A stretch of DNA of 32,100 nucleotides, from contig CAZNHI010000002.1 of the NCBI GenBank assembly GCA_964572535.1, positions 1 through 32,100 of the forward strand, in the 5' to 3' direction. The stretch is from an uncultured Dehalococcoidia bacterium. Its GTDB lineage: Bacteria; Chloroflexota; Dehalococcoidia; DSTF01; WHTK01. A program made the position numbers and the translations under genes. The notes under the pieces were generated by a model, which saw nothing but the letters and a program-made list of their open reading frames with translations, was not told where the DNA came from and made no database searches. Numbering within the stretch: position 1 is the stretch's first letter; every line of letters starts with the position of its first letter. Shown in pieces: positions 16,971 to 26,220 of this stretch.

Positions 16971-17780
16971 ACCCCCAAAGGAACCAAGGGTTCGAACCGT
17001 GCCTTCCGCGGCCTGGCCCTCGTATTCGTACTTACGTTTGTTAATCTCGTTGGCGTTCTGGTCACGGTCTCAGCCCTCGGCAAGACAGGATGGTCGGGCT
17101 GGCAGTTCGTCGGCCTCTTCGGTCTGATGGAACCGCATCCTCGCCCCTAATATCTGGCACTTGCCAGCAGCCCAACTCGAAACCAGCCGCCGCAAACGTC
17201 AGGCTGGCGGCGACGGCGATGCTGATTCCTCACTGGGGCGGGGGTGCAAGAGCTTCGCCAGGCGTCTGCTTGATGCTAGCTGGCGGGTTCCATGAAGGCT
17301 GGACAGTTACCAGCGTCCTGATCTTGCCGCTGGTGGCGCTGCTTGTGATTTCGCTTCTGGGCGTGTCGGTAGCCATCGCGCGGCCGGGCGTGTCTCGACC
17401 AGACATCGATACGGTCCAGGTCATCTTTCGTTGGCGTCATACAGAACACGAAATGGCCCCGCTCAGCATCACTGCCTCCGCACAGCAGTTCCTCCTGGGA
17501 ATCTTTACGCTGCCCATGGTCAAGTTCCTCAGCCCCGGTTCCCTGTCGCCCCACACTTCCACCTATCGCTCGAGACTCTTGCCGTTAACGCATTGGCGGC
17601 CAACATCCTCTCGATGGCACGATCCTTCTTTGGCAAGGGCGCATTCAGTGGCGCGCATCAAGAGAGCAACAACCAGCTCAACAACCTCACGCCTCGGTGG
17701 GTAGAGGCAATTCTTACGGTGGCAATTGACGGGGATAACAGCCCGAATCGTCAGCTCAAACTTGTTAAGAAAGGCTAAAC
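16971..17780 (+). pseudogene. remnants of a membrane-protein gene (possibly an ABC-2-type permease), startless and frameshifted
   Basis: The frame directly after the 16970 stop reads TPKGTKGSNRAFRGLALVFVLTFVNLVGVLVTVSALGKTGWSGWQFVGLFGLMEPHPRP* with no possible start codon. Further hydrophobic pieces (VLILPLVALLVISLLGVSVAI, MAPLSITASAQQFLLGIFTLPMV) lie in other frames. Confidence 0.3.
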
Positions 17781-17858
17781 CGCGTAACGCCGAAGGTGAC
17801 GCAGCGCGGTTCAAGATGACTGCCGAAGTAGGTGATCTTAACCAGGACTCTTGAGTTC

Positions 17859-17903
17859 TTTGTAACGGCTACCGCATAGAGCCCGAATGCCAACTTTACT
17901 AGG
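17859..17903 (+). promoter_or_regulatory. bipartite motif TTTGTAAC-N27-CTTTACTAGG upstream of csbD
   Basis: Second copy of the motif at 12804-12848. Ends 32 nt before ATG 17936. Confidence 0.4.
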
Positions 17904-17935
17904 CAGTGATTACCGTGGTTGTAGGAGGTAGAGAA

Positions 17936-18124
17936 ATGGCCAGCGACAAGATAAAGGGCAAGGGCAAGGAAGTAATCGGTGCGGGCAAAGAGAAGCTCGG
18001 CGAGATGACGGGAGATAGGCGGATGCAGGCCGAAGGCAGGAGTCAGAACGTCGAAGGGAAGGTTCAGAAGGCTGTTGGCGGGGTAAAGACTAAGGCGAAG
18101 GAATTCAAGAAAAAGGTGTCGTAG
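17936..18124 (+). CDS. csbD: CsbD-family general stress protein
   Basis: ATG 17936 after AGGAGG. MASDKIKGKGKEVIGAGKEKLGEMTGDRRMQAEGRSQNVEGKVQKAVGGVK is the typical CsbD repeat pattern. Confidence 0.85.
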   Translation: MASDKIKGKGKEVIGAGKEKLGEMTGDRRMQAEGRSQNVEGKVQKAVGGVKTKAKEFKKKVS

Positions 18125-18219
18125 CATCCCGGATCGCCCGGCAGGTCGCCCGCCGCTTCCAAGCTGTGTCACGTCTTGGTGATGCTTGGGCCAGTAGCGT
18201 AAACAAGAAGGAGGATTTC

Positions 18220-18303
18220 ATGGATCTACTCACACTTGTCATCATCGTCTTAGTGCTCGCCGTAGTCTTCGGCGGATTTGGTTTTTCGCGTCGCGGCGGT
18301 TAG
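18220..18303 (+). CDS. 27-aa hydrophobic peptide
   Basis: AAGGAGG 7 nt upstream of the ATG. MDLLTLVIIVLVLAVVFGGFGFSRRGG*. Below the ORF-track size cut-off. Confidence 0.4.
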   Translation: MDLLTLVIIVLVLAVVFGGFGFSRRGG

Positions 18304-18481
18304 GAAAGCCTTGCGCCACGCGCGGCTTGGCAGCGGGCTGCGTCTCGGTCGCCTGTAATGAGTGACGAAGTTGAGTGCCGAGGGACTGCTGTTCGTCGGC
18401 GGATCTTTCTCGGGGGAGGCCTCCGAATTTGAGAGTTCGTGCCTCCCAGGCAAGGTTCTTCAGCGCTGGAAGGCACCTGGT

Positions 18482-19021
18482 ATGACGGAAGCCCGTGCTC
18501 CGCGAGACGCTTATCTGGTGTGGTGTGGTGCGTTCGCGTGCATCGTCATGGCCGTGGCGGCGCTGGCCGTAATCGCGACTTCAAATGAATGGCTCCGCGC
18601 CCAAAGCTCTCCTCCACCTGCAGCTGCCGAGCCCTTGACTGCATCTCCAGGGCTTGCGAACCGTACGAGCTGCGCTGAGATCGGCCGGTCAGACCTTCGG
18701 TCACCACTGGAGGGACTCTGGTTCCAGAGCAACTGCATACCCGTCGCATCCTCGGAGCCGACACTGGACGTAGCCAAATGCAACCGAACGGCGCTTGATC
18801 CTGCTGAATTCACGCTCGTAGCGCCTCAGCTCTATGTTTTCCGGCAGACGCCGGCTGCGAGGGCTTTTCTCTGGTACTCCAGCTCCGAAACATGCTTTGA
18901 CCTGGTCTCTTCCCGAGTCGTCACATTTGTGTGCGTAGACCAAGCTCTGAGCTTCGAGTCGGACCCTCGGTCGGCGTGCTCAAGCCATGGTGGGATTCAG
19001 GCCCGAGTTAATGGGCGTTGA
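18482..19021 (+). CDS. hypothetical membrane-anchored, Cys-containing protein
   Basis: Internal ATG of track ORF 18362..19021. One TM helix (WCGAFACIVMAVAALAVIA), then a Cys-rich extracytoplasmic part. No family recognised. Confidence 0.4.
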   Translation: MTEARAPRDAYLVWCGAFACIVMAVAALAVIATSNEWLRAQSSPPPAAAEPLTASPGLANRTSCAEIGRSDLRSPLEGLWFQSNCIPVASSEPTLDVAKCNRTALDPAEFTLVAPQLYVFRQTPAARAFLWYSSSETCFDLVSSRVVTFVCVDQALSFESDPRSACSSHGGIQARVNGR

Positions 19022-19077
19022 AGTGTCCGACGTGGAATCAGGCGCGCATCAGAGGCCTGTAACCACCGTTAACGGAT

Positions 19078-19180
19078 GTGGGACCGGACTTTATCGCCCA
19101 CAGTTTTGGCACTTGGCTTCTGGGCAATGCCCTCCTCAGTGACCCCTCACTAAGAGTAGGCTACGTCATTACCCTGGGAT
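19078..19180 (+). pseudogene. short fragment of a lipase/esterase-type alpha/beta hydrolase
   Basis: GPDFIAHSFGTWLLGNALLSDPSLRVGYVITLGS contains a nucleophile-elbow-like HSFG. An in-frame stop lies 5 codons upstream, and the frame degenerates after about 35 codons. Confidence 0.3.
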
Positions 19181-19817
19181 CAAGCCGAATCTCGCATACC
19201 AGGCGCGAATGCGTATGTAGAAGGCCGGGGTCTGGACGAAGCCCACGTGTCCTGCGCCCGGATAGACCCACAGCTCGTACGGAACGCCGTTGGCGTCGAG
19301 GATCGATGCCAGTCGCTGGTCGGAGCTGAGGGGGTTGGTTTCATCAGGGTCGCCGTGGTGCATGTTGTATGGAGTACGAACTCCGGCAGCCAGTATCAGC
19401 AACGGCGGGTTCGTCACAACAGCGATAGTGGCGACGTACAGGCTCGGGGACGGTGCGCTTGGGGGCGACCCGCTAGCAGGATCCCTGCACTCCCGCGGCC
19501 GCATGGGAGGCGACACGAAAGGCGGACGGACCGTGGGCGGCCACACGGTTCATGTCGACATAGCCCAGGCTTGAGAGAATTTCCCGCACCTTACGCGCAC
19601 GCAGTATGTTCGACTGGGTGGCGCCGCGTTCGCCGTCCGTACCCGGCGATCCGATCGGCCCGCCGGTGTCGGTGGCGTGCGTATAGTTGGTCGCGATGCC
19701 GACCAGCCCCCAGGTCACCATTTCCCTCCCTGCGGGAAGCATGGCGAGGGCGTTTTGCATGCCACCGTGACTTAAGATGACGGCCGGAAACGGCCCTTGG
19801 CCGCGCGGTTTCAGCAA
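19169..19817 (-). pseudogene. dienelactone-hydrolase/S9-like alpha/beta hydrolase, frameshifted
   Basis: The N-part (PFPAVILSHGG...NRVAAHG) is in the 19473..19817 frame. The C-part (PPLLILAAG...GDPDETNP...YELWVYPGAGHVGF) is in the 19169..19546 frame. The frames overlap, and the nucleophile motif is lost at the shift. Confidence 0.55.
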
Positions 19818-20390
19818 GATTCCCCGCAGGTCATACGCGACTCCGTCAGTCGTCGCCCTGTAGGTCCACGTCGCACCCGAGGAGGACTCCGGATCGCCGG
19901 CAAGCTGGAAACGCCGGGGGCATCGGGTTCATGGTCGGGCCCGGTGCGCTCGGCTCGCGAAATGGAAACGGTCCACATGAACTCGCGAGTATGCCAGTTT
20001 TTTGTTGATTGCGACCCTGTTATCCGGATGCGGATCAGGGTCCACGACGATCAATTCAGTCACGCAAATGTCACTCGCCCTGGAAGCTATGTCAGCGAAA
20101 ACGTCGCGCTGCCGACTCTAGCACGTCACGGTTGCGTCTTACTAACTTAAGGCGCGGAGCTAGTTCGGCCATAAAAGTACGCCTAAGCGCTCGACAGCTC
20201 CCCTCCGCTGGACATCGTGCTTGCAGAGGCTTCTCCCGGACGCGCACGATGCCGTCATAGTGGTGATGTTCGAGCGCCGCCTAAAGGGAACTGTATTCCA
20301 ACGATTTGGTCAGCTTCAGCGATGATCCGCAGCGTCTATGGATGCGACGGCGGGGAATCTACGAAACGAAGAACATCGAAGGCGTGCAGG

Positions 20391-22856
20391 TCAGGCCGCC
20401 CTTATCCCCAGGTAGTGCTGGCGCTTGCCAACAAACTCGTCGAGCCCTTCGCGGGACAAGGGTGGGCTGAAGAGGAAGCCCTGTCCGAACTCACACTGAA
20501 GCTCGATCAACTTTTCGAGTTGTTCTGGCCGCTCGATGCCCTCAGCCACGATCCGCAATCCGAGCTGGTGGCCCAGCGCCACAGTGGCCCCAGTTAGTAG
20601 GGATTCCTTGGGTGAGGAAGCAATGTTGTCGATGAACGTTCTATCGATTTTCAGAACGTCGATTGGGAGGTCCTTGAGATAGCTAAGCGATGAGTATCCG
20701 GTTCCGAAATCGTCGAGCGCCAGACTAACGCCGAGCTTCTTCAATTCATGCAGCGCCTTTACTCCGCGGTCGGGGTCCTCAATGACCGCGCTTTCCGTGA
20801 TTTCGAGGAGCATTCGATGAGGGTCGACCGCTTCGCGTTCGAATGCCAACTTGATGCTGGCGCCGAAATCGTTGTCATTGAGCTGACGTGCCGATACGTT
20901 AACTCCCATTATTAGAAAGGAATCCGGGAAACGACTCTGCCAGTCCGCCATCACCCGGCAGGCTTCGGCCATTACGAATTCACCGATCGTGCCAATCATG
21001 CCGGTTTCCTCGGCTAGGTGAATGAATTGGTCCGGCGACAAGAGCCCCTTGCTTGGGTGATTCCAGCGCACCAGGGCCTCGGCCGCGACCATCCGTCCGG
21101 TCTTGAGTTCAATACCGGGCTGGTAATGCACAACGAGTTCATTGCGAGCGAGCGCATGTCTGAGGTCGGCGATCAGAATCTGCCTTTCCGCGACGTGCCT
21201 GTGCATCCCCTTTTCATAGACATGTACTCGACCCTTGCCCTGGGCCTTTGCTGCGTACATCGCGACGTCGGCGTTGCCTATGAGGACATCCGCAACTGAA
21301 TCACGAGTCCCCTCCACAACCCCCACACTGGCCTCCAGGACGATTTCTCGATCCTCCAGGAAGACGGGTACGCGGATAGCGGCCAGAATCCGCTCAGCTA
21401 CCTTGACGGCTTCATCCAACCCGTTGAGGCTTTCAAGCAACACGGAAAACTCGTCGCCTCCAAGCCGGGCGACGCTATCCTCAGTTCGTAGAGATTCAGC
21501 AATCCTTCGTGCGATGACGGCCAGGGCTCGGTCGCCGGTGAGATGCCCGAATCTGTCATTGACGGATTTGAAGTCGTCGAGGTCAAGGAAGAGAACGAAG
21601 ACTGAGGCTCTGGAGCGACGGCCCCGGGCAATAGCGTGTTCAAGTCGATCCATGAAGTGCGCCCGGTTGGAAAGACCCGTAAGCGAATCATGGAATGCCT
21701 GGTGTCTGAGCTGCTCTGCGAGCTCGCGTTGAGCGGAAACGTCGCGCCAGCTCCAGACTCGCCCTGTGGGCGTGCCCCCGGTGACTAAAGGCTTCGAGTA
21801 CACCTCGAAAGTGCGTCCATCGAGCAGCTCGACCACGTCGCTCGCTTCGACGGATGGATCAGCATGAGCCTGAGCCCAACGCTGCTGGTAACCCTCCGGG
21901 TCCTTCAATCGAGAGAGGGCAGTGACGTAAAGAGCTTCTGCGTTGGCGCCTTGTTCGATGTTCTCCAGCCCCCACATCTCGATGAATCGCTGATTATGCC
22001 CAAGTATTCTGCGGTCCGTACCAATGATGATGATTCCGTCTGTCGTAGACTCGGCGGTGGCAGTGTAGAGAGCAAGAGCTTGAGCGAGGTCCCGCTCGGT
22101 TTCCTTCTGGGCGGTGATGTCGACGAACGTGGCACTTACAAATGGCTGGCGACCTTGCTGATAACCAGCTTCGCCAAAACCCGAGATATGGACCGGTCTA
22201 ATGCTTTCGAGAACCCAGCGGAGGGACCGGTTCTTGGTACGTATCCGGTGCTCATGCGTCGTCTGGTCGGCGCCCTTGAGCATCGAGCGCGCATAACGAC
22301 GCACTGAGGCCCAATCCTCTGACGCGACCAACCTCTTCCAGCTCTTGCCGATGAGTTCTCCACGCGAATACCCGGTGTCACGAGCAAACTGTTCATTGGC
22401 AAAGCAGATCTTCTCGTCACGCAGTAGAAAAACCGCGACGGGTGAGGCCTCTGCCAGCAACGTGAAGTTATCGTAGGTGGTGCGGGTTTGGATGATGGCG
22501 CGACTCAGGCTAACCGAGAAGACGAGCGCTCCGCCGGTATCGCACATGGGGGAGACTACGGTCCCCTCTTGGTAGAATTCGCCGTTCTTGCGCCGGTTCG
22601 TAAGAATGAACCGGAACGGTTGGCCAGCCCTCAGGGTATCCTCCATTTCCGTAAAGACCTCTTGAGGGTGGACGCCAGAGCTCAGCAACTCCCGCGTTTG
22701 GCCAATGGCCTCCTTCGCGCTGTAACCGGTCAAGCGCTCGAACGCATCGTTCACCATGACGATTCGACCGCCGGGATCGGAGATCATGATGGAGTCGGTC
22801 ATCTGGCCAACGAACGACTCTAAGTCAATGCCAGTTGCCCAGGAATTTTCTCGCAT
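20391..22856 (-). CDS. PAS-PAS-PAS-GGDEF-EAL c-di-GMP turnover protein
   Basis: RLGGDEFSVLL (GGDEF), AEALVRW (EAL), DDFGTGYSS, EGIE. N-terminal PAS modules. Confidence 0.9.
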   Translation of the reverse strand: MRENSWATGIDLESFVGQMTDSIMISDPGGRIVMVNDAFERLTGYSAKEAIGQTRELLSSGVHPQEVFTEMEDTLRAGQPFRFILTNRRKNGEFYQEGTVVSPMCDTGGALVFSVSLSRAIIQTRTTYDNFTLLAEASPVAVFLLRDEKICFANEQFARDTGYSRGELIGKSWKRLVASEDWASVRRYARSMLKGADQTTHEHRIRTKNRSLRWVLESIRPVHISGFGEAGYQQGRQPFVSATFVDITAQKETERDLAQALALYTATAESTTDGIIIIGTDRRILGHNQRFIEMWGLENIEQGANAEALYVTALSRLKDPEGYQQRWAQAHADPSVEASDVVELLDGRTFEVYSKPLVTGGTPTGRVWSWRDVSAQRELAEQLRHQAFHDSLTGLSNRAHFMDRLEHAIARGRRSRASVFVLFLDLDDFKSVNDRFGHLTGDRALAVIARRIAESLRTEDSVARLGGDEFSVLLESLNGLDEAVKVAERILAAIRVPVFLEDREIVLEASVGVVEGTRDSVADVLIGNADVAMYAAKAQGKGRVHVYEKGMHRHVAERQILIADLRHALARNELVVHYQPGIELKTGRMVAAEALVRWNHPSKGLLSPDQFIHLAEETGMIGTIGEFVMAEACRVMADWQSRFPDSFLIMGVNVSARQLNDNDFGASIKLAFEREAVDPHRMLLEITESAVIEDPDRGVKALHELKKLGVSLALDDFGTGYSSLSYLKDLPIDVLKIDRTFIDNIASSPKESLLTGATVALGHQLGLRIVAEGIERPEQLEKLIELQCEFGQGFLFSPPLSREGLDEFVGKRQHYLGIRAA

Positions 22857-23058
22857 CTACGCCGTCGCCTCTCCTACTTTATCGGCAGCTTTTCATCTCG
22901 GGATCACGTCTGACGCTGGCGGCGCGGCGCTCGCCTCCCATGAACGTTATGTCCTCATAGTGCGTGCTGGTGATCAACAAGAGTTTTTCAGGTCGCAATC
23001 CACCGTCATAACGGTCTGGTAGTTCTGCCCTGTCGCCTTTGCCAGGATTGCCTCCTGA

Positions 23059-23646
23059 TTATCGAGAAATGTGATAGCCGATTGGCTTGAAGCTCCAGTT
23101 ATTGGATTGCTCGGCCGAGCAGGCTGTCACGCCGACGATGAGGTCCACCTCCGCGCGGAACTCGATGTAGTCGCCGGCCCGAGAGGTCGGAGGCAGAACC
23201 CTTGCCTTACCATCGGGTGCTAGCTCGACGTTCATAAAGGCGTTGAATGTAGTAGGAATGCGGTCCGGGCCAATTCCGAAGTCGGCGAGTGCTCGCGATA
23301 GGTTACCGAAGCAACTCGGATGCCTCTTATCAAAACCGTAGAGGCGCTCGAACATCTCCGGGCTGCAAGGTGCGAAGAGGAAATCATGCCGCGCCACAGT
23401 GTCAGCCACGATGGTGAGCATGGGATTGCTGCGATTGGAGTAAAGGACGTGGCCGGCCGTGAACGCCACTGTGCCGTTATAGTCGATAGACCGACCCGAG
23501 GAAAGCCACTCTTCGCCATCGAGCGTAAACGCGATCAGGTCGGATACTTGCTCACCCATCAGGTCAGTGAGCCGCAATGTGCAACCTGCCTCCAGACGAA
23601 ACGCACTGCCCGTCTGAGGTTCAATCCGGTTCTCGGTAACCAGCAT
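23059..23646 (-). CDS. DUF1989 (urea-carboxylase-associated) family protein
   Basis: ATG 23646 preceded by GAGGAGG, which overlaps the upstream TGA. MLVTENRIEPQTGSAFRLEAGCTLRLTDLMGEQVSDLIAF...FAPCS is typical of DUF1989. Confidence 0.8.
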   Translation of the reverse strand: MLVTENRIEPQTGSAFRLEAGCTLRLTDLMGEQVSDLIAFTLDGEEWLSSGRSIDYNGTVAFTAGHVLYSNRSNPMLTIVADTVARHDFLFAPCSPEMFERLYGFDKRHPSCFGNLSRALADFGIGPDRIPTTFNAFMNVELAPDGKARVLPPTSRAGDYIEFRAEVDLIVGVTACSAEQSNNWSFKPIGYHISR

Positions 23647-23657
23647 CCGCGGCCTCC

Positions 23658-24422
23658 TCAGTCGAAGTGGACAGGGCAACGCCAATCATCGCCCACGTTA
23701 CGGCCCGAGTATTGCCGCGCCTCACTATGGGCGCCGTAGTCGTCCAGCATGGGGCTGGCTGAGCCGTGGAGATGGCTATCCCGCTCGCGGATCGTGTCGC
23801 GGATGCCGTTGAACCGGTGCTCCTCGCGCAGGCGCTCGAATTGAAAGTGATCGTTGAAGACCAGGGTGGGCCATGCGAACCGCCGTGCCCAGCGACTGCT
23901 GGCGGGTGAGAGGCCCACGACGAAGTAGGCTCCACCGGCAAAGCTAAATGAGAAGCCCTCACTCTCGGGATCCGATGAGACCTGCGGGTTCCAGTCGAAG
24001 TGCCGGCGGTCTAGCTCGTGCAGGGCTTGCAACTGGCGCCAGAGCAGGGTTTCGAAGGTCTTCATCGATCTCACCTTCGGCCCCATGAAGCTGGCGATAA
24101 AGCTCGTGAAATCAGCCTCGATATGGGGCCGCTCCTCACCGAAATGATAGAGGTCGTATGCCAGCCCAGCCGTTGCACCCTCAGAGGCGATCTGGTCGTA
24201 GAGGCTAAAGCGGTAGCTAGACTGGTTGACCACGGACTTGGCGCCGACGCAGGGGAATTCGGGGTCGTGAAGCATGGCGCGCAGCGCGGAATGAACGTCC
24301 GCCGTCATCCTGTTATGCGCGCCGCTCGCCTCGATGATGAGCTGCTCCCCGTCCCAGCGTCCGTAGTTGCTCTGAGCACGCGCTTCGTCCGTAGCGAAGG
24401 GGTTCTTGACCTTGGCTCTCAT
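23658..24422 (-). CDS. YqcI/YcgG-family protein
   Basis: Internal ATG 24422 (MRAKVKNPF) forms an ATGA overlap with the GT2 stop. DPEFPCVGAKS and FSFSFAGGAYFVVGLSP are typical of the family. Confidence 0.8.
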   Translation of the reverse strand: MRAKVKNPFATDEARAQSNYGRWDGEQLIIEASGAHNRMTADVHSALRAMLHDPEFPCVGAKSVVNQSSYRFSLYDQIASEGATAGLAYDLYHFGEERPHIEADFTSFIASFMGPKVRSMKTFETLLWRQLQALHELDRRHFDWNPQVSSDPESEGFSFSFAGGAYFVVGLSPASSRWARRFAWPTLVFNDHFQFERLREEHRFNGIRDTIRERDSHLHGSASPMLDDYGAHSEARQYSGRNVGDDWRCPVHFD

Positions 24423-25384
24423 ACTGCTGCCCCCGACTGTCGGCGGAGTTCGGCTTCCGGCGTCGCCGCCCGTCGTAAGAGCTGGCCGCGATAGCGCACG
24501 CCACCTTGAACCAGGCGTGAGAACAGGGCGAGCCAGCTGCATACGGCGCGCTCGAGCAGCCAAACGGGCGCGAACAGCGAGGCCGAAAAAGGAAATACGC
24601 TCGTCGCTCCGTCCTTACGCCGGCCAGCCTCGGCCAACACGACGGCGCTCCCGGCCGCGATAAGCAACAGATGGGGTGACTTCTGGGCGATGAATACGGT
24701 TGATGGCAATAGCGCCAACTGCCAAACCAACCTCGCGGGTCGCGCAAACTCGTCATATGCCTGACGTATACGCTGAGAGAAGAACTGTGATTTGCTCGGC
24801 GGCAACCGCCGCACGAATATGCCCGAGGCCACGATTTCGCGGCCGCCGAGGGCAGAGACTGTGCGTACAAGCTCAAGGTTCTCAAATAGGCTATCGCCGT
24901 TATAGATGTGGGACGGTCCCAGTGCAGAACGGCGCACGGCCAGAGTGCCTGGCCAGTCGCCACCGCCGATCCGGTTAAGCAGGCTGCGGGCAGTGTCCCA
25001 GCGGGCGTGCCACGGTAACGGATCGAAGTAGTTCTGCGGCCTTACGATTTCGGCGTCATCCAGCAGCCCAACCACCTCGGCGAGCCCAGCGATGTTGTAA
25101 CGGACATCGTCGTCGGCGATGACAACACGGTCACGTGTCGCGAGGTCAAAGCCGGTTAATACACCGGCTACCTTACCGTTGGCGCAGCGATGTCTCTCGT
25201 CGGGTGCCACGTGATGTATGCCTGGCCAGGCAGACTCGTGATACGAAAAGACTGTCTCAGGAGACCCGTCCACAACGATCAATTCAACTTCGCCGTTCAG
25301 CCAGCGCAAATAGGCCGCCAGCTCCTCCACATCGCCGGTCCGGTTGCGTCGTATCGGCAGGATATACGAGCAGTCGAGCTTCAT
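24419..25384 (-). CDS. glycosyltransferase family 2 with a C-terminal membrane segment
   Basis: YILPIR...ELIVVDGSP...VVIADDDVRY (DxD). Hydrophobic C-terminal third. ATGA overlap with the upstream methyltransferase. Confidence 0.8.
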   Translation of the reverse strand: MKLDCSYILPIRRNRTGDVEELAAYLRWLNGEVELIVVDGSPETVFSYHESAWPGIHHVAPDERHRCANGKVAGVLTGFDLATRDRVVIADDDVRYNIAGLAEVVGLLDDAEIVRPQNYFDPLPWHARWDTARSLLNRIGGGDWPGTLAVRRSALGPSHIYNGDSLFENLELVRTVSALGGREIVASGIFVRRLPPSKSQFFSQRIRQAYDEFARPARLVWQLALLPSTVFIAQKSPHLLLIAAGSAVVLAEAGRRKDGATSVFPFSASLFAPVWLLERAVCSWLALFSRLVQGGVRYRGQLLRRAATPEAELRRQSGAAV

Positions 25385-26208
25385 GACGGAACCCTGCCCA
25401 CGGCGAGCACCTGCGCTTCACAGCCGTAGAAGTCGGGCCTGTTGACGAAGGGGCGGCCGCCGTCACGCGCTATCTGCTGCCATTCGAGTTGGTCCGCGAT
25501 AGGCAGGTCCAGGCCGGCCGCGAGACCTGCAAGGTAGGTGAGCCAGCCGGACCAGAGATCCGCTTCGGCCGGCGCTAGTGGCGCCCATCTCTCGATGAGG
25601 ACCGCCTGCTGGCGTACTTCCTGAAAGCCGGCTGCGAGCATGAGCAGTCTTAGTTCGCGCCCTCGGAGCGAGCCGCTGGACTCTGGTCGCGAGTCTGAAG
25701 CCAGAAGGCAGGCCTCCGCTAGATGCGACGCTAAGAAGGGACTCGCGGGCGCAACCTTGAAGGCGGTCATGTCCACATCCTTGACCGCGACAATCCCTCC
25801 CGGCCTAACAATGCGCCTCAGGTCGGCCAACGCCTCCAAGGCTTCCGTGTCGTCCAGGTACTGGAGCGTATTGGCGCACCAAGCGCCGTCGAAGGTCGCG
25901 GTGCTGAATGGAAGCGCTGTTAATCCAGCCTGCAGGGCAGCCCCGCCGCGGCTCGGCAAGCGCTGGAGCGAAAGCCTGCAATTCTCGACGGCAATGTCGA
26001 CGCAGACGATGCGCCCCGCGCCGATCGCTTCGAGCAGCCAGGGCTCGAAGCTCCCAGCGCCGCTGCCGAGGTCAACGATAAAGGAGCCAGGCTCGAAGTC
26101 GACCGCGCGGACGAAGGCCTCGTACTCGGGCGCACAGGCGGTAAAGTGCACGTCGAGCCAGCGCTCATCGCTCAATACGTGGCCGGCGGACGTGCGAAGT
26201 GTGGTCAA
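25381..26208 (-). CDS. class I SAM-dependent methyltransferase
   Basis: Motif I VDLGSGAGS and post-I IVCVDI. TTG start 12 nt after the catalase stop. Confidence 0.8.
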   Translation of the reverse strand: MTTLRTSAGHVLSDERWLDVHFTACAPEYEAFVRAVDFEPGSFIVDLGSGAGSFEPWLLEAIGAGRIVCVDIAVENCRLSLQRLPSRGGAALQAGLTALPFSTATFDGAWCANTLQYLDDTEALEALADLRRIVRPGGIVAVKDVDMTAFKVAPASPFLASHLAEACLLASDSRPESSGSLRGRELRLLMLAAGFQEVRQQAVLIERWAPLAPAEADLWSGWLTYLAGLAAGLDLPIADQLEWQQIARDGGRPFVNRPDFYGCEAQVLAVGRVPS

Positions 26209-26220
26209 ACCGTCGTTTCC

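Noticed and set aside
16985-17005. tRNA T-loop-like GGTTCGAACC string just after the third receiver gene.
   Set aside because: The flanking bases do not form a T-stem (caagg versus ccgtg mispair). No acceptor or anticodon arms could be drawn. It sits inside a hydrophobic coding remnant.
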